This document shows, piece by piece, positions 9,601 through 21,700 of a DNA stretch of 64,000 nucleotides (position 1 is its first letter; each line of letters begins with the position of its first letter). The DNA comes from Phallusia mammillata (Eukaryota). The position numbers and the translations under genes were made by a program. The notes beneath the pieces are model-generated. The model did no database searches. It was not told where the DNA came from and saw only the letters and a list, made by a program, of their open reading frames with translations. Location of the stretch: the NCBI GenBank assembly GCA_965637545.1, contig OZ281500.1:5580001-5644000 (forward strand), in the 5' to 3' direction.

Positions 9601-12600
9601 TTTTGAACAGATCCGTATATAATGTTCCAAAACCCAACCCGACCAAAGAGAAAAAATCCAACCGCGAAAAATTTCCTCACCTGTCTGGTCAACACAGCGA
9701 TAAAGCATCCATTCATATCTGGGGACTGCTTCATGCGCAAGAAGTTGTGTTTCAACGATTGAGACTTGTATCCCCGTACGACCGTCACTTCTTTTTCTCC
9801 CTCCTTTATGTCGTTGGATGTCAGGGGAAGAGTCGGAGGACACAAGCGGAATGGTTTGGATCCCTCCCCTGTTTCACGCTGCCACTTGATGGCGCTGTTC
9901 ACAGCTTGTTCGTTTTCGGCGGGATGGACGCTGCGTGTTGTGTACACGACTGCTTGCACGCTAGGCACTGAAAATGTACAACATGTGTGAATATGTACAC
10001 TTTAGATTTGTCAGAAGGCGGGTCACAAAGTTGTGCTTTACGCAGCCGTCTGTTGCCCAGAAGGTTGTGAGTTCTAATCCGTCCTGACCACTATGCGTTT
10101 CGCTGAGAAAAACTTGAACGGAGTTACTTCATACCAAGTGAACCACAAGGGGTTGCAGTAATTATAAGTCATCAACAACAAAAGCTGATTTTAGAGAAAT
10201 CGCAGTGAAGGCAAAAATATATAATTACACGAAAATTTATGAAGTATCATAAATTAGTACCTACTTAGCACAGTGGGTGCAGACATTTGTCGGACATAAC
10301 GAATATGGCATAAACTTTCCTAGAGTTGAATTATGTTACGACATACAGTATTTACATTTTACATGATGACATACAAGCCAAAATATATGCATTGAACGAA
10401 GTGACTAAGAACCATGGATTCAATAAATATTGCGATCTCATTTGCATTTACAGGAATTTTTAAGCACGCATCACCTTTCAACGCAACCTTCAGAGACTCG
10501 ACGTGGGATCTGGCTGACTCTGTGGCGTTGTTGTGTCTTTCACCATGGGATAAATCTCTCAGCACTGCATAGTTTTCGCTGTCGCCTTCATTTAGCATAA
10601 AATCAATGGGGTTGGCCACAGCAGTCCGTGTGCACTGCGGAGTCACCAAGATGATTTTCACCGCACCAAATCGCGGGTCTCTCTTTGTGTCAACGTTTTC
10701 AAATTTCTCGCTGAGCAGCTTCACATCTAGCAACATAACACAAAGCTTTAGCAAAAACAAATTCAATTGTAATCGTTGCCTTGTTGCTTTTTTACGATTT
10801 TTTTTTGTATAAATTGTGAAAAAACATTCAATAACAATAATTATGTACAAATGGTACTATCCAGTGATACATCATATGTACTCAATCAGTCTTTTTTGGT
10901 TAAAAAATGAACGTTACATTCGACTTTGGTTGCGTCAAATCTTTACTTAAGTCAAGCCTTCATTAAACTTGAGTCACACCAAGGTCTAGTTTAAGTTTAA
11001 AAAATATCACTTTCACACAGGTGTTTAAATGATGTTGTGGTATATACTATATACCCCATTAGATGATCTCACTACTTACTTTTAAGGCCCAATTGCTTGA
11101 GCAGATGGTTCAACTGCTCACGGTGACTCTCACTTCGGACACCAAATGCAAACACAGTTGGCCTTCTCATCCCTTCATCCGAGCTTTCTTCAGACTCAGT
11201 TTCATTTGAGCTAACCGAAGCTCGAAATCGAGTTATGTGACTTCCATACATCAGCTCCTTGGCTTCCATTCGCTTCTTGGTTACACTAAAAAATGATCAA
11301 ACATTGGACTATCGTTTGCAACTGCAATTAATGGTGAATATGTCACATGTTCCATGGCTCAAAAAGGATAAAAACACTGCTTTATGGACACTTAAATATC
11401 CACACAAAATTGTTAAATCCTTTAATTTTAATACATTTCCTATTGCTTAGACTCTTAGAGACAGTTAATTTGTGCATAAATGTTGATAACATTAGCGTAC
11501 TTGTGAAGATAAACTGCAAGATGGGCAGTAGTTAGACCTGCAAGTACATCTGTGTGGATCAAGTCACATTCATCATCTTCAGTCAGCATTGCAGCAACAG
11601 AGCGAGCGGCCAAACTGCTTGTCTTATCCTGCAACAAAAACATTTTACAACATAAATTTTTATCAAAACAGGTTATAAGACAACATGATACAATTTGTAT
11701 GTAAATAATAATATTGACAAATTGAAAAAAAGGGATTTCATCTCATTCATCTCTGCTTTTTGTGCTTGGTAAGTACACATACAAAGATTTGGGGTTAGTT
11801 GTGCCATTACAAGAGGACTACAGAATAACCATTTTATTGACTCTGTGTTATCACAATAGCAGTTTTGTTTTTTCAACAGAGACATCGGTTTTGTGGCAGA
11901 CTGTGTAGATATGTTGTTACAAATGTTTTTTTTACAAGTGGAAAACAGCACAGATCTTACCAACAGCATGTCTTTACAGCTAAACGATTTTAGTTTTGGT
12001 TTATATCTGAGATAAGTGGGTTTGAGGGTCATGACATAGAATACTACAAACCCACAGCCTTTATGATTTTCACTAAGAACCTCAAGATACAAAACATTTT
12101 ACACCAGTAAGGTAAAATATACACACATTCAACCACTATAAAACTGTTGTTTCGTGTGGTGATCCATTGGTACAATGGAAACCAAGCGAGCACTCATGTT
12201 CAACATTGGATTAGAGGGCCAAGGCATTGTGACAACACAAAGGCCAAGTAAACACACCCTACACTAAAACTATTTACACAGTGGTCATAGCCCATTGATT
12301 GACGACTTGTACAAGCACTCGTTCATAAGATCTGATTAAACCACATACAACGTTCGTTGCCAAAGTAAACATAAAACTTTTGCGATGAGAAGTACTCATG
12401 TACACACATCTTGCAGTATGAAAACAGTTTCTGACTGTTTGTCTCTATCTTGTTACTTGTTTGTTAATATCTTTGACATAATACAAAGTGTTATGGTACC
12501 ATTGGTAAAACTGATTTTTTTATTGCAATTTCAGTGATAAATTTGTGGTTTTTGAACAAACTTGACAGTTAAAACCCACAAGATACACATCCGGGTTCTT

Positions 12601-15505
12601 GAGTAAGCAATGTATCATAATTCTTACTTTTTATTCACATGTACACCACAAACATGCACAAGTACTTCTCTGCTTAAAGCATTTATCATTATTTCCATCA
12701 ACCAGCTTTACAAGTTTCAGGTTAAACATTACTTTGCCAGTATATTATTGCTCTTTCTTCCAACAGAATATTGTAAGAGTATTTCGTGGTGTACAAAGTT
12801 ATAGTTTTAAAAAAAACTCCACCTGCAGGACAATCATTCCTTTACTGTGAATATCCAGGTGTTTAAGAACTTCTTTTTGGTCTCTGGGAAAAGACAGCAC
12901 ATCCTCGCAGTGTGTGTCTACTTTGTAAAACTTGCCTCGCGGTGGGAGTTCATCAGTCACTTCGACATAGTGGTTGTCTTGAAGTGATTTTAAAACTTGA
13001 TCAACACTGTAAAACAAATTTTGAGTTTGTTTTAATGTCTGTGCATTTCAACATCAATTGCATTTTCCAACATGTTATTGTTTTCATTCTATGCAAAATA
13101 ACAAAACAAAGTAATGTCATGATTAAATGTCACCTTGTTTTAGCAGTGTTAACCCAAGAATATTGTGGTAAACTTGAAGCACATTTTTCTTGTTGTCGAA
13201 CAACTTCTGGTAGTATGTAGTCAATCGATAGAGACTGATTTTTCACCTGCAACATATCAACGCAATTATATACCATACAACCAGGATATGTGTACATACA
13301 TGCCATAAACTGTGTTAAAACAGGTCATATAATATAGAAGCAACAGATGTGAAGTTGCAAATTTTTCTTGTTTTGGAAGTGGAACGTCCAAGTAATTTAG
13401 GGAATTTCTCTCAAACATGAACAATAGAACACTCGAAAACCAGCCACACTTCACGAAAGAATCTTAACACTCTTTTGTGGTGAAACAATTGCCCATCATG
13501 TTTACACCACAAGAGTTCTCGAGCAATACTTGAGTATGTGACAGCACTTTCAAACGATTTTTAGCTTGTTGTCGTGTAAACAAGTAAACTGTCGCACTGC
13601 TGTTTTTACAATATATTCATTCATACTGAAACATTTTAGATAAATTTTACACGTTTTTTTTTTAATTTTCAAAACACTTTGAAACCAGTGCAAAATTTTT
13701 CCATAAATTTTAATTTAGAAATAATTGCCATTATTAAAGTAAATAAACAGTGGACTGAATTATTTTTATTATATTTTTTTGCCAGCTTACTCGGCATCTT
13801 GCCAGTGCAGCTGCAAGTCGAATTCGGTTATCCATAATACCGTCCTCAACATCAGTCACATCCTTGATTAACCTTTCACCAACAATTCGACACCTTGGAG
13901 CCCATTTACGTTTCAGAAAATCATATAACATCACAACAACAAGAGCTGTTGTATCATCAGCCTGTAAATAATAGCATACATCAATAGAACCAAAAATTAC
14001 AAATAAAAACAAGTTACGAAGTGTTAACTTACAGTAGGGTGAGCAAAGAAGTGTCCACTGTCAATCAATATTTCTTCCAATAGCTCTTGGTCTGCAAGGA
14101 ATAACATAATAAGTTACAGAAAAATGTAAAACATATTTAAATTCTATACCCCACTTACATTTCAGAGTCTCGTATGCAAGCTCATACGCTTGTCGCTTAA
14201 TCTTCTTTGTTTCAAACAATGGTGGGCCTGGGAGGAGTTCCAAAGGAGTGTATTGCACCAAACACTCACCACTGACCTTACGAACTGCCAGACGCTCAAA
14301 TATCTCAGCAGCCGACACATATACCTGATGTTGGTAGCCATAGTCGGCACCAGAGAGAAAGTCTGGAATACTTCTAGCTCTTCTTTGATACTAAATTTTA
14401 TTTTTGTATTGTTTGAAAATGTTTATACTGTTACATGTTTTGTTGTCATACTAAACATATACCTCCATTCCTTGCATAGTCATCCACTGTGGCATCTTGC
14501 CAAATGGGGTGTTTACAACTGCAGTGTCGCTGTGATGAATTCGTTGCTTGTCAGAGGGCCACAAAACTTTGTTCTTTAAGCTTTCTGCCGAATAGATCAG
14601 TGAATTGCTTGATGAGGAAACTCCTGCAAAGAAGTTATGTATTTTTCAAACAAACGTGTGTTGTGAAGTGTAGGTGCATTTAGGTAATTTGTGAAGTCCA
14701 AGTCTAATCTTTATATTATGCCTGGCAGCAATAGCTTATATAAAAACATGTGTTGTGGTTCCATTCAGCTTGATTCTTGGTTATGCATTTTCTTCATAAA
14801 TTACCTAAATGCATCAGTTGAATTTACTTTTCTGGAATGCCTTACAAATGTCCAGTTTAAGCACCACTTAAGTACACTTTGAAACACTTAGTTTGGGTTG
14901 AGTGTTTAGGTATTGTCTTATTCTTGAATAAAAGTGTTTGAAAAAGACCAGATAACAACCACTAGTATAGTGCGTGATGCAAGTAGGACGCATTCATTGA
15001 GTGATGCTTAGAAAGTGATGTTTACATAATCAAGCAAACAATGGCCAGTTTAAAAACCAAACATAATCGAATCAAAGAAAATCAGCACATTTGACAAAAC
15101 TTGGTAAAAACTGCATACAATTCGGAAGCCCAAATTTAATTTAGTAGTTTGTGCATTATGCTTACCATCTGTATTGTTTTTACCACTATTCAAAATGGAA
15201 CTGGATGAAGGATTTCTGTGGGAGTCGACACCACGGTGACTGAAAATACAACAACATTTATTTAGTTTTAGGCACAAAGAAAGCATTTACAAACAAATAT
15301 ATATTTACAATTCCTCAATCAAAAACATTTTACTTACAATAGTTTTAAAAGGTCAGGCATTGTGAAGAACCTCACTAACAACACTTATTTGTACAAAACT
15401 TGCTATTTAACTGTATAATCTGTGCAACATGATATTTTCTTGTTTAACTATTTCTAACCGTCTCCCAATGGAGTCGCTACTGCGTCTTTTTGCACTTTTC
15501 AACAT
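6670..15505 (-). CDS. NSUN7: NOP2/Sun RNA m5C methyltransferase family member 7 (probable pseudoenzyme)
   Basis: Phase-consistent exons 15505-15459, 15239-15166, 14623-14463, 14390-14159, 14091-14033, 13961-13791, 13246-13134, 13006-12823, 11628-11501, 11285-11080, 10726-10475, 9967-9681, 9223-9114, then 8731-8509 (stop, 748 aa) or 8731-8532 + 7864-7707 + 6732-6670 (814 aa). NSUN7-specific segments: YELAYETLK, VMLYDF, RLAAALARCR, DTHCEDVLSFP, QDKTSSLA, ANPIDFMLNEG, NGCFIAVLTR, TVKDILKRAA. The 3' end and N-terminal exons are less certain. Confidence 0.88.
7146..7370. mobile_element. Degenerate hAT MITE
   Basis: Imperfect TIRs GAGGGGTCGGCAA / TTGCCGACCACAG, subterminal CGCGGACCGG repeats, decayed TSD GTGTAAGA / GGGTGAGA (6/8). 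Confidence 0.65.
10015..10185 (+). mobile_element. Degenerate tRNA-derived SINE in an NSUN7 intron
   Basis: B-box-like GGTTGTGAGTTCTAATCC (10063-10080) is followed by a body whose layout resembles ascidian Cics-type SINEs as I recall them (…ACTTGAACGG…CCAAGTG…GGGTTG…) and an A-rich tail. The A box is poorly preserved. Confidence 0.4.
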
Positions 15506-17032
15506 GCTGATTTCAGTTTGTTTCTATCCTGTTTTATATAAGTTCCCTTCCATGCTCGAGCATCTCAATGTTGTTTTCTCTGTAGAAAATTATTTACCTG
15601 ATATTGTGCTACCTACAACAACATGTACAATGGTGTTTAAAGACAAGCAACTTAACACTCTAGTGAAGCTACAGTTCTGAAAAACTCTTCATTAAACAAG
15701 ATCTGACCTGTCCAATTAAGACAATACTGTAGAGAGTTAACAGATTAGTGATCAACAAACCAATTGCTGTGTACACAAAAACCTGATCCCATTAATTGTT
15801 CCAATTATACAAAAGTCAATGATCTTGCGTTGGATAGAGTTACTACTGGGAAATCTTTCCACAAACAGGTGTTCACACAGGACGGTTTCATTCATAAACA
15901 ATAGTCACACTTGTATATAAAAAGATGTCATTACTTTTAATAAACGAGCTCGTTTAACAAAACAACTTTTTTGCAACATATCATAACATCGTTCTATGTT
16001 TTTCTTGAACAATCAACATCGTTCTTTTTGAATAAAACATCGAGCTTTCATGAATATGTTTGTTAAATATGCGTGTTTGTAGACACATCGTTAGAATAAT
16101 AATTAAAACCACAACAATACTAACCTCTTTGTTGATCGGCTCCAGACGTAATATGAACCCCGCTCTGGTACAAGTGCTATTCGCAACAACAGACAGACAT
16201 CACAATAGTCGAGCTGATGTGACGTCATTCGCGTACATTCTCCTTGGAAACCACCATTATTATTTTTGTGAACAAATCAATTTTAAAAGTACTTAAACAT
16301 TTTTTGTTTTGTTTAACACTTCAGACACAAAATTTTGGAACATTTCTATTTTTATTTTGCACGTACAAGCATATTTTTTAATTGTATCTGCAGACTTGCA
16401 AAATTTAACGTTCTTTGCATTTTTTGGACTTCCCATCATCCGTTTTGGAATTTTGCCGCAATTTCTGTAGTTTCTTTGCATTCCGGTTATTTTTTGTGAC
16501 AGCTTCAAGCACCTTGATTGGAGTTTTGTAAATTGCCAGGTAAGTTTTTAAGACTTAATAGTTACGTGCTAAAATCGTCTTTGATAATAAAGAGACAAAG
16601 TAACTTTTTGTAAATGTGTCTTGTTTATTTGCACAGATTGTTGCTTGCTCATTGCAAAAGTTGCAGAAAGGCATTACATTTTATATTGTACAAGTTGTCG
16701 ACAAAACAAAGAACGATATAATTACGTTCTGAACCTTCGCAAAGTCGGTAAGTTTTTGGATATTACAGTTATTGTTGCATAAAATTGAAAAAACATACTC
16801 TATTAGGTTTTTTTCCTACCTAAAAAACTAAGTGTTGATTGCAATCAATTTTGGGCCAATGGGAGTATGGCAGTTGGCAGACCGGATGATATTTGTGTAA
16901 AAATGCAAGTACTGGGCAAATAATTGCAAAAGAAATGCTTGTATTACAGTTTGTCAATTATTGCTAAGGGTTCATGTGCTGTGAACATTGTTTCAATGGT
17001 AAGTTGTAAATTTCTAAACTGTGAAAAAAGAT

Positions 17033-17103
17033 TGCATTGGCCGGGAATCGAACCCGGGCCCCCCGCGTGGCAGGCGAGGATTCTACCACTGAACCACCAA
17101 TGC
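17033..17103 (-). tRNA. tRNA-Gly (anticodon GCC)
   Basis: GCATTGGTGGTTCAGTGGTAGAATCCTCGCCTGCCACGCGGGGGGCCCGGGTTCGATTCCCGGCCAATGCA, 71 nt, full cloverleaf, followed by a T6 Pol III terminator (17024-17029). Confidence 0.97.
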
Positions 17104-17108
17104 AAATG

Positions 17109-17180
17109 TTCCTACACCGGGAATCGAACCCGGGCCGCCTGGGTGAAAGCCAGGAATCCTAACCACTAGACCATGTAGGA
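17109..17180 (-). tRNA. tRNA-Glu (anticodon TTC)
   Basis: TCCTACATGGTCTAGTGGTTAGGATTCCTGGCTTTCACCCAGGCGGCCCGGGTTCGATTCCCGGTGTAGGAA, 72 nt, full cloverleaf. TATA-like AATATAAG about 30 nt upstream. Confidence 0.97.
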
Positions 17181-17290
17181 GACATTAGCCATGCGCTTAA
17201 AACGAGCTTATATTCTCGCTCGAGCAATGCTCTCTAAAATACTTTGCCTTCATTTCGGTACTTAAGTGCCTTCTGATTAGTACTCTATAG

Positions 17291-17774
17291 CAGGGGTCAC
17301 CGAACTACGGCCCGCCAGGTAATTTCATTCGGCCCGCAAACATATTTTTGATTTGCCAAATCGTATTGATAACTTTGTAACGTTCAAAAATTAATCTACT
17401 CCTTACGAAAGTTTTCCTGTCGCGATATGTAGAATTGATATTACCTATAGTTTCATAGAATTACAGCGCTCAAGATTGATCCAAACTGGTTTGTTACGTC
17501 ACAAACAAGACTACAAGTGTTAATTGTGCGCAAATAATTGCCTTATTTTGTTACTTGTGACGTAATGTACAAGCATTGCTCGTAAGATGAGACCAACTGT
17601 ACAATTTATCAGTCGCATTACCAGATTTTACCTTTACCATCTCTTGGCCCCCTATAAAAATCGCCTCGAGGGCTAAGTTTGGAAAGACGGCGCTGTGGCC
17701 TGCAAACTATGCGGCCCTCGCGAATCATTATTAAACTTATCCAGCCCGCAGTGAAAAAAGTTTGGTGACCCCTG
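17291..17774. mobile_element. hAT (Buster-type) MITE, 484 bp
   Basis: TIRs CAGGGGTCACCGAA / TTTGGTGACCCCTG; perfect 8-bp TSD CTCTATAG at 17283-17290 and 17775-17782. Confidence 0.92.
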
Positions 17775-18703
17775 CTCTATAGTAATTTGCTAACTAGTAT
17801 ACACATTCATGTTTGTCGCAGTTAAATTCGAAATCTCATAGTATATTGTGCTGTTAGATTTATGTGCAGCAGCAAAATGGCCGAAAATTTGTTCGTTTTG
17901 TGCATGCTAGTTTTAATTTGAGTGAAAGAAATTCGGCAGACCCCTTCAATATCTTTTTACAACTTTTACTGTTTAACTACAAAGCAAACGATCAAAAACA
18001 TTTTTTTTTACAAAAACGTTTGCCTACTGTTTTTTTACTACCTTTCAGCTTCTATGGGGAGTTCTTCTTGTGTTAAGCCTACTATTTCGAAAATCAAATT
18101 TTAGTACACGATTATGCTTGCAGAAAGTATAAACATCTAAAAAGGTTTTCTGTATTTTGCAAAGTTTCACAACAAACCTCACTTTTGCTGTGGATATTGA
18201 TGATAAAAAGTTCTTTTGAGCATTTAATGAAATTGTATTGGAGTTTTTCGTGAAGTCAAAACGTACTCTGTCTGAACAAAATTTATTGTCCTATACAGTG
18301 CATACAGAATACGGCAAATGTACTGATATGAATTCACATGGATACAAAAAAAACTTTGGTCCACCAATAATAGCACGTTATAATTCGCAGCGTAAACGAT
18401 AATCGCTTGGATGACATAGACGAGCATGTCGTTTAACAGTTGCATTAAGACGCAAAGTAAATGATTCAAAGTGACAACAGGGGCAAATTGGTAGGTTCGC
18501 TGATAAATAAAATTTGTAAGCAAAGCATACTGCTGCGTTGTAAATTACAGTATAAAAACAGATCGCCTTTCTTTTTTATTGAAACTGGTCTTCGTAGACG
18601 GTATGAAAATGCAATATGCACGTCATTTGTGTAATTCGTGATGGCGGCTCTACGCACGGCTTGTGTCATTATATGATAATTTGCACGAGTGATTTTATGA
18701 CGT

Positions 18704-21700
18704 TCATGTAAGGTGATGTTCCGTGGCAGCGTTTGTAACACTCTGCTTATTCGGAACGTCGGCAGTCGTTGACGTCATCAACGAAAGCTCATCGCTCACA
18801 ATCGGTTTTACGTCCAAACTACCCGAGTAATTGTGTGGCAGATAGCTGTATGACATTTGTGGTATAGCGCTATCACGCGGTTTGTGCATCTCGTGTAGCG
18901 CGTTCGCCTGTGGGGCGTAGTGTTCCTCTTGTTCTGTTGGTGCACAGTGGCCCAACTGGTCGTGTACCAACGGCGGAGAAGAGGCCATTGGCGTATTTGT
19001 TTCTTCATCGTCAATGTTGTCCTGTTCTCCTTGCTCTGATTGGTCGCTTTTGTCGGTGTTTTTCTTGTTTGCTTTGCGCTCCTTTGCGCGTCGGTTTTGA
19101 AACCAGATTTTTACTTGGCGTTCACTGAGGCACAGTTGCCCGGCAAGTTCAGCTTTTCGGCGTATTGTGATGTAACGACTATAGCGAAACTCCTTTTCGA
19201 GTTCTAGTCTCTGGTGGTCGGAGTAGACGACCCTGTATTTGTCCTTCGTACGAGTTTTTCCTGCAAAACAATAAAAACTGGTCATACATTTGTGAATCAA
19301 ACTGGCCTTTAAGTTCACTTGGTATTGTTGAATTAAAGTCGACGGGTTTACAATACGTTGTAAACGCCATTGTTCGGGCCACATTAGATCGACTTGTGTT
19401 CTATTCGGTACGGTGTCAGTGAAACAGCAGGTGAAGCCCACCGTCGTCTTGTCGCCCTTGGTTATGTGATGTCATAAATTAAATATGGCGGCGCCGATAC
19501 GTCATCGATCGTTCGTCAAGGGTTAGCACAACGAACTACAGCAGTTGTTAGTGGTGCGTTTGCCATTTTCACCACGAACTCGTAAACGCCGTTTTACGAT
19601 GCCCGCGCCGACCATGGACATAGGTCTAACGAGCAGCGCGCTGATTTTACGACTCGCTTGATCGCTGTCAGCCCGCCCCAGTCCCCCCACCGCCAGTCAC
19701 GTGGTCCCATTTTACGAGTTTTACTATAATTGAGCGTCTGCGTCTATATTGGAAATCGTCCAAGCAAACCAACAAACGAGATTCAGCCTTTGAAGGTCGT
19801 GGGGCTCTTGAATAATGTTAGTGTTTGGGAATTTTAAAATTTTTATTGAGTTTACTCTGCCTGCCTTGACTTTGTGGCTGTTGACACACGTTGTAATTCT
19901 GTCACAGGATGTGACTGCTAAAGATAACCAAATGTCAAAATGTCTGTTAGTTGGCACAATTTTCTTTTTTATGTGGCCCATGATTTTTTAATCAGCCTTA
20001 AAGATTTTATTCGCCTTCAAATTACAGGCGACACCCGATAAGCACCAAAGTTTTACGTCTTCAAACGAAATTTTGGCATGTGTTATAAACACAACGGTTG
20101 TAAACCTTTGAAACGTCTGGAAATAAATTTAACCGAAGACTTTGTTGCGCGTTTCCCAAACACATACATTTAAGTTTTTACGTGCACTTTAAAAAAAAAA
20201 TTACATCAAATTGAAATTAAGGCAGCGCGAGACAAGACATTTTTTTTTTTCAAAACAGTCGGTGTATAGGTAATGGGTATTCGGTTTAGTTGTCAACATA
20301 TATTCAAACTGTGTATGATGGCAGTATATTCAGAATTGCACTGTCCAGATGTTATGAGGTCAATCTGAACAACTTTGTTTGTTACTTCTACTTTATCCGT
20401 ATGCTCATGTCATGAAAAAAAGAAAATGTAATGTATACTTACTTATACCAATATTATCACTGAAAATCTTAACTGTTTTGCATAACCACAATGTGTATGA
20501 AATTAGCAGATGTCAAGTACCGCTCGGTACGCCTTTGCTGCGCCGCTGTTAATTGTTTGTAATCCTTCCAGAATGCAAATAGAAAGCGACTAGCGCGACA
20601 ACGATGAAAGATCCCGCGCCGACAATTAAATGCATGCGCCAATCTTCGGCCCTTGTGTGTAATTGTTTCTTTATTACAGTGACAATTGTGCATAAGATGG
20701 ATCGTTTATCGTGGTTAAAATCTTGAACGGCAATTCTGTGATTGTTGGCGAACGTTTTTGCCAACGATTTGAACTTGGTTGCACCTGTCACTACATTTTG
20801 ATTATGGTGAAATATTTAAATAAGGTTTTGCAACGCTGTACCGATGATTACGTTGTAAATCTTTTATCTTTTTTTCCATGCATTTAAAAAAAATACTTAC
20901 TAGAACGTATCCATAGAAGCGCCTAGACTGTTGCCTGGTACATAAAGACTGATGATCTTATAGTAATTCAAAAACATTCAGTCATTTGCATTTTTTATAA
21001 ATATGTTTTTTTTTATGATGCTGTTAAAGCGAAGTGCTGTGAAAAAATGAACGACAGTTTGCTAAACCCTCATTTTGTAAAAGTCAGTGTTTTTACGATA
21101 ACGCCAAGGTCATTTTTTTTCGACTTGGAAGACAGCACCAAACCCAATTATAATTATATAATGGTGGTGTCTTCACAATTACAAACCCAATAAAATTCTC
21201 AAACAATAACCACTTTTCCTTTGCGTCTTTCGCGCCTTATAACTGAATTCTCGTTTGTGTTGGTACATTGTGTCAATTCTAGAACATATTGCTTTGTTCC
21301 ATTTGCCGAGTAAACACTCGATCGTCGGGACCGTGTTCTTGATCACATAAAACATTCTACTTGCTAAAGCATTAGATTATGACGCAGCGCTACCCATTTG
21401 TCTTCGCCGGGCTTTGATCAATTTGTTCTTGTCAGAAAACGGCAAATATCTCGCGACGTTGCTCTGCATTTGCTTTGGGTTTGCGTGTTTTCAAAATGGC
21501 GGTGTCATTTTTTGCTTTTTATCAGTCGCATTGAACAGTAAAATGTTTAACCCTATCCTGTTTGCGTGCATCGGTATTTTAAATGCCGCATATAGACCTT
21601 ATTTCATAACGTATTTGTTGAGTTAAAAAAATGCCGCCATTTTTGCTGCATATTTTATAATTTTGTTAAGATTTAAAAAAAATATTGTATCTTTACCTTG

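Noticed and set aside
9481-9990. Plus-strand ORFs 9603-9971 and 9766-9990 and minus ORF 9481-9843
   Set aside because: Antisense or off-frame shadows of the NSUN7 exon 9967-9681; no domain similarity.
11673-12092. 139-aa minus-strand ORF in an NSUN7 intron
   Set aside because: Low-information Cys/Lys/Phe-rich composition typical of AT-rich non-coding DNA; not needed for the NSUN7 frame; no recognisable domain.
16239-16251. Possible RFX X-box near the NSUN7 promoter (GTTTCCAAGGAGA on the minus strand)
   Set aside because: Only one half-site fits the consensus, which is too weak to call.
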